A stretch of DNA of 64,000 nt. Source: Lama guanicoe (taxonomy: Eukaryota). The notes beneath the pieces were generated by a model that was given only the letters and a program-made list of their open reading frames with translations, did no database searches and was not told the DNA's origin. The translations under genes were made by a program, and so were the position numbers. Below, in pieces: positions 58,360 to 64,000 of this stretch; the stretch's first letter is position 1; every line of letters begins with the position of its first letter. The stretch is taken from assembly GCA_013239625.1 (NCBI GenBank), contig MU054037.1, positions 186,001 to 250,000 on the forward strand, written 5' to 3'.

Positions 58360-58962
58360 CTAGTTTGGCAGTGTCTCAAAAAATTCAACATAAAGTTCCC
58401 ATATGACTCAGCAATTCCACTTCTAGGTATATATCCAAGGGGATTGAAAACATATGTTCGTACAAAAACTTCTACGTGAATGTTCGTAACAGAATTGTTC
58501 ACAGTAACCAAAAAGTGGAAACAACCCAAATGTCTCTCAGCTGATGATGGGATAAACACATTGTGGTATATGTGTACAGTNNNNNNNNNNNNNNNNNNNN
58601 NNNNNNNNNNNNNNNNNNNNNNNNNNNNNNNNNNNNNNNNNNNNNNNNNNNNNNNNNNNNNNNNNNNNNNNNNNNNNNNNNNNNNNNNNNNNNNNNNNNN
58701 NNNNNNNNNNNNNNNNNNNNNNNNNGAGGCAAATCGATAGAGACAGAAAGTGTATCCGTTTTGCCAGGGACTGTGGGGAGAGGGGAAGTGGAGGGTGACT
58801 GCTCATAGGTATAGGGTTTCTTTTTGTGGTGATGAAAATGTTCTGGAATTAGTTTGTGGTGATGGTTGCACAACCTCATGAATATACTGAAAACCACTGG
58901 ACTGTATACTTTTAAAGGGTAAATGTTCTAATATGTGAATTATATCTCAATTAAAAGAAAAA
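58360..58962 (+). mobile_element. L1MB-like 3' end containing an N-run
   Basis: KWKQPKCLS ORF2 end; 3'UTR gtgaattatatctcaat. Confidence 0.85.
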
Positions 58963-59114
58963 GTGTGTCTAGCACACTGTCTTGTAATGGCCTGTGGATT
59001 TATCGGTCTCTCCCACTCCACTGTGAGCATCTTGAGGATTAGGGCCTAACCTTGTTCTCTGGTTCTCCAGCACTGAGTGGAGCACCTGGCACAGAGTGGG
59101 CACATGGCATTGTT

Positions 59115-59222
59115 CTTTTTGTTTGTTTTTAATTTTTTTTTAATGGAGGTACTGGAGATTGAACCCAGGACCTCATGTATGCTGAGCATGTGCTTTACCA
59201 TCGAGCGATACCCTCCCCACCC
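59115..59222 (-). mobile_element. vic-1-like SINE
   Basis: atggaggtactggagattgaacccaggacctc..., similar to 17696-17774. Confidence 0.85.
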
Positions 59223-59611
59223 ATAATATTGTTAATTGAATGATTTGAGAGCTCTCTTCCCCAAATCCCAGGGCTCCCTGGCTCTGCTTGCTGGTGGCTC
59301 TGCTCCCCACCATGAGTGAACAATCTGGGTGTTAGAAGCCCTAGTCCAGGTACAGTGTACTCCAGAACCCAAGAGTGGAACAGCCTATGGTTTAAATACC
59401 AGCTGGTGGAATCACATTGTTTAGCCCCATTGAACCTCGTCCATGGGTCACACTGATTCAAACAAAGGGGCTGCCGCTGACCCTCAGGGGCCTTACTTTT
59501 CCTCCTATTGAAGGGTTTACCACGAATAACCTTCCTTCTTTGGAGGGGGAGGCCTGGGAAGCAACAGATTCTGAGAACCTGTGTCTGGTATGCTTTCAGG
59601 TTCTGCTCTAT

Positions 59612-60131
59612 TTCTTTTTCTTTTTTTAATTGAAGTTTTGTTGATTTACAATGTTGTGTTAGTGTCTGGTACACTGCATAGTGATTCAGTTATACATAAA
59701 TATTATTTTCCATATTCTTTTTCATTGTGGGCTATTAGAAGCTACTGAATATAATTCTCTGTGCTATGTATTAGGACCTTGTTGTTTATCTATTTTATAT
59801 ACAGTAGTTAGTATCTGCAAATCCCAAACTCCTAATTTATCCATCCCTCCCCTTTCCCCTTTGGTAACCGTAAGTTGGTTTTCTGTGTCTGTGAGTCTGT
59901 TTCTGTTTTGTAAATTCATTTGTCTTGTTTTTTAAGACTCCATATATAAGTCATATTATATGATATTTGTCTTTCTCTGTTTGACTTACTTCACTTAGTA
60001 TGGTAATCTCTAAGGCCATCCAAGTTGCTGCAAGTGACATTATTTCAATTCTTCTTTATGGCTGAGTAGTATTCCATTGTATGTATAGATATGCCACAGT
60101 CTCTTCACTTCTTTATCAAGTCATCTGTTGA
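59612..60131 (-). mobile_element. Young L1 3' end
   Basis: Reverse complement of the L1 3'UTR seen at 50009-50400. Confidence 0.88.
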
Positions 60132-63100
60132 CCCCTAATATATCCCTCCTCCTGCTCCTACTTCTTATTAGGGACAAATGAAGAAGCCTTTGGTTCTTTT
60201 GGCCTAAGGGAGGAATAGGTATCTTTACCCACTTCTCCCCTGCATAAGGTCCACTTGCCCTCATTCCCTTGGCCTTAGGACATGATTCTTTCAGATAATC
60301 TCCTTCTTACAGACAGAGTCAGATAAACACGCAGGCCATGCAAGCACAGCTTAGATTGCCGATTTAAAGTGGGCTGCAAACATCCCTGGAAACAGGTGAC
60401 TCTCCAAGACCTCCTCTCTCAGAGAGCCACACATGCTTGGAAGAGTGACTTGGTTTAGCCAGTTGGGGAAGCAGGCAGAAAGATCCTTAAGAGCCATGGC
60501 ACCGAGACTAGATATGGTCACCAAAATACCATTCACAAAAGTGGGTCTAGGTAACCGAAGGTTTCGAAGACAGGTTTAAGAGACAGGGCAAGCAGGTTTG
60601 GGGACAGGACAGACTTGCTAAGGTAATGGAGAAGGGGCTGATACCCGATAGGCACACCTGCCACCTTCCCTGCTGCTTTGTCCTCAGGGCCCGACATCTC
60701 CCCTTGACAAGGCTGACAAAGTGATATTACCCTTCCCAGGGTGCCCGTGCGACTCAGTTTGGCCTTGTGTAATAGTTCCTTCAGTGAACTCTCCCAGTCA
60801 CCTCTGACAAGCTTCCAACAGCTTCCAAAATGTCAGTTATTCCCTTAACACCATTGTTGTTGATTTTTTAACCTTACTAAGGCTGCATTGGTTTAGTGAG
60901 GCTAGTTGCCCCATTTCTGAAGTTGCTGTGTTTTTTACTTTGGGCCACCTAAAGTGACCTGTCTTCCTCTCTTGTCATCTCTCTCATGTTTTCTGGGTCT
61001 CTCTGCCTTTCCCTGTGTCACCCTCTTTTCTGCCTTCCTGGCTACCTCCTTTTATCTTTCCAACCTAAATCAGAAAGCATCTCTCAGAGTTGTCAGCTGG
61101 ATCCACCAACCATATAAATGGTTTTCTCAAGTAAACGCTTCATTAACCAAATTACTTTAGAGTAGTAAGTCCTTCTCAAGTGAAGGCAGCATATTTTAAT
61201 GAATGAATCCCCTGCCCAGTCAGAAAAAAATGGATCTCCCAGCAGCTGCCTTCAGACTGCCCCCTCCTCCTGTCCCCTCCCAAAGCCCTGACCTAGGGCA
61301 GGCCCTTCTATTAACACAGTGGAAGTGGACAGAAGCGCGTCCTATGCTTCTGGTTACTCCCAAAGGTCTGCCCAGGTCAACATTTTAAATGTCTTATTTC
61401 GACTATCTAATAGCATGAAACATTCTCATCCTTGGTCAAATACAGTACAATTGTATAAGATTGGGATTCTATCATGTACACATGTTTTCATCAAAGAAGC
61501 AGCACAGGACAGGTGGGAGCAAGTGTTTTTAGACTGATAAACAGAGGCCCAGTGACTAGACCCTTGAGGTGATTGATTCATACTCATCTTGGCCCTGCTT
61601 TCTAAGCACAGTGATTTCCTTGCCTCCTCTCATTCCCTACCTGGCCCCACAGACTTCTCCTGACCAAACTCCACCCATCTCTCCAAAATTCCCAAAAGCA
61701 GCATCCGCCATCCCTGACCTCCAAAGAATGTGGAATTCCTGGATCTGGCATTCCAAGATCTTCAAATCAGTTTTGTGCCCTCAGGCATGAGTGTGTAGAT
61801 AATGCTTTTTCCCTGGTAAGTCATCAGCAAGAAATAAGAGGATCCGTTCTTGTAGGAAGTTTCACCCTTTCCACCACTTACTTCACTTTTGTCAAGATGT
61901 TACAAATGAAATTAGGTACAACCATCAGGGGTTTTAGTGGTTTACCATCTTTGATTCATAATTCCCTTTCTCCTGTTTGATTTTCTTTCCCTCCTGACAG
62001 TCTTCAATTGATGTGTCTACAGTCGATCTTTTGAGTAACTGGGGAAACAAGTTACCAAAACCAACGCATTTTAAGAAAGCACCTTTCACAACTTGGCCTC
62101 CTAGTGATAGTAATAATAACATCCGTTTAGTGAGTGCTTACGTGTCAGGCGGTGTGAAAGCCTGTCATCTACAGCTCACAAAGAAACCTTTGGAAGGTTG
62201 TGTCTCCCTCCTGCTACAGATGAGGGACCAACCCGAGAGCTTGCACGAGAGTTTCACATTCGGAACTGGGGCCAGGAGTCTGCCCACAGGAGTAACCATA
62301 TGCTTCCCAGCATCTCTAGATCATCTTGTTTCTTTTCCCCTCTCCCAGGGTGAAGAAAAAGGCTGACAGCTCTGGGCTGTCCTCCACAAAATCCTGCTCA
62401 CTCTTCTTCCGATTTCTCACACTTCTTGGGGTTGCTCTCTACCATACGTTTATGACCCTGGTTTGTGTGCTCTACCCTCCTGCCTGATATTTTTATTTCT
62501 CTCCAAATGCAGAAGGACTGCTGATAATAAACTGATGCACATGTAGCGAAAATGAGGAGTTACTAATAAGATTAAATTAAATTTAAGCACATTTTTAACA
62601 GTGTGTAAAGCACAGGGCTAAGCACTGTTTGAGATGAGCAGACACAAGCCAGGACCTCATGGAATTTACAGTCTGGTGGGGAGAGAGAATGAGGAATAAG
62701 ACTGTGCACATATATACATGAGTTTTTGCCAAATATGGTAAATTCCACGAGAAAGGAATAAATGAAGTGCTGTAGGGCTGGAGAGCAGAGAGTGCTCACA
62801 TTTCCTTGGGGAACCAGGAACGAGACCATATGGTATAAGAGAATGACTGGGATGAGAGTGAAAAGCCCCGAGTTTTACTCCAGTCTCTGTCACTGATACA
62901 CTAATAAAGCCTCGGTATTTCTTCTCCCCAGGACAGGCCACATGATTTATAGGGCTCAGTTCAAAATGAAAATGGGGGAGGGGGGACTTGTTCAAAAATG
63001 AAGAATTTAAAGATTGTGAGAGCAAAGCAATAAACCGAGTGTGGGATCCTTCCCAGCACGGGTTGCAACCCATGAAGCTGGCCTGGGCCTCAGCTATCTT

Positions 63101-64000
63101 GGGAGTTACCCTTTGGGAGGTAGGAAGTCAGGTCTCACCAGCGCCTTGCACAGAGCCTGAGGCTCAGATGAATCAGAATGACTGGAGACAACTGGGAATT
63201 GACACAAGTATGCCTGACGATGTCTTGGGCTGCTTTCAGTGTTAGAATATTAGACCATGGTTCTGAACACTTCTTGGAGGAGACACTTGAGATGAGTCTT
63301 GAAGGATAGTGGGATTTTTCTTTCTCTTTTTTTCCCTCCTTCCAGCATTTTCCTTCCAGCATTTTCCCTTTTATTTCATAAGCCCTAATACAGACTGGAA
63401 CCAGCAGGGGAGTGCAACATTTGAGGCATGACTCAAACACTTAGGCCTCATTAAATATTTCCCCAGGCAGTTTCCCACTTACAGGGATGGCCTTGTTTTG
63501 CTTAGAGATCGAATCTTCACAGGTACAGTCAGGTTTTTCATTTTTAAATTATTTGGTTTTATTTTCATTGAACAAGTTGATCGATGTTTATGAAGAGAAA
63601 AATCGAAAAGTATAAATGAGCAAAAAATAATGACTCATAATCCTACAAGAAATAGTTCTCATGGGATTGCGGCATAAAACTAGTTTTCAACCTACTTTTC
63701 CATTCAGTAATATATTATGAGCATCTTTGTGTGTTAATGAATCACTACACTTCTTCATTTTTCATGGCTGTATGATATTCTGTCATGGTTGTACTGTAAT
63801 TTTCTAAACCAATCCACTCATATTGAACATCTGGATTGTTTTTTTTTTGAACTATTCTAAGTGGTGTTCTCCTGAATTTGCTGGGTAAGCAACTTACTTA
63901 GTTTCTTTAGCCCTTATTTTCCTCCTCTTTGAATAAACTCAAGATAACAATAGCACTCCCTTCTGTGGTTGCTGTGTGGTGTCAGTGAGTGAATGCGCAT

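Noticed and set aside
36300-64000. Expected downstream neighbour SORBS1 (human synteny)
   Set aside because: No CpG island or recognisable exon is visible; it probably lies beyond the window.

Overview
Mammalian genomic DNA, most likely a camelid (alpaca, llama or camel), judged from tRNA-derived vic-1-like SINEs and young L1 3' ends. Positions 1-~36.2 kb hold almost all of ALDH18A1 (delta-1-pyrroline-5-carboxylate synthase, P5CS) on the + strand. All 17 coding exons (exons 2-18 in human numbering) could be placed with GT-AG boundaries. They sum to 2388 nt (795 aa plus stop) and include the known 6-nt alternative donor that gives P5CS.long and P5CS.short. Non-coding exon 1 and the promoter lie upstream of the window. 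The rest (~36.3-64 kb) is repeat-rich intergenic DNA (L1, L2, MIR, MaLR/ERVL LTRs, SINEs) with no recognisable gene. I see no evidence for a wholly new genetic system. The best second-look items are: (1) an RBFOX/QKI motif cluster and a third, out-of-frame donor next to the long/short splice site; (2) a tailless tRNA-Glu 5'-half retrocopy with a 13-bp target-site duplication (TSD); (3) inverted SINEs bracketing an in-frame exon 8-11 block; (4) a G10 run at the exon 3 acceptor; (5) young insertions with clean TSDs. Repeat subfamily names and comparisons with human sequences come from recalled consensus sequences, not from searches.
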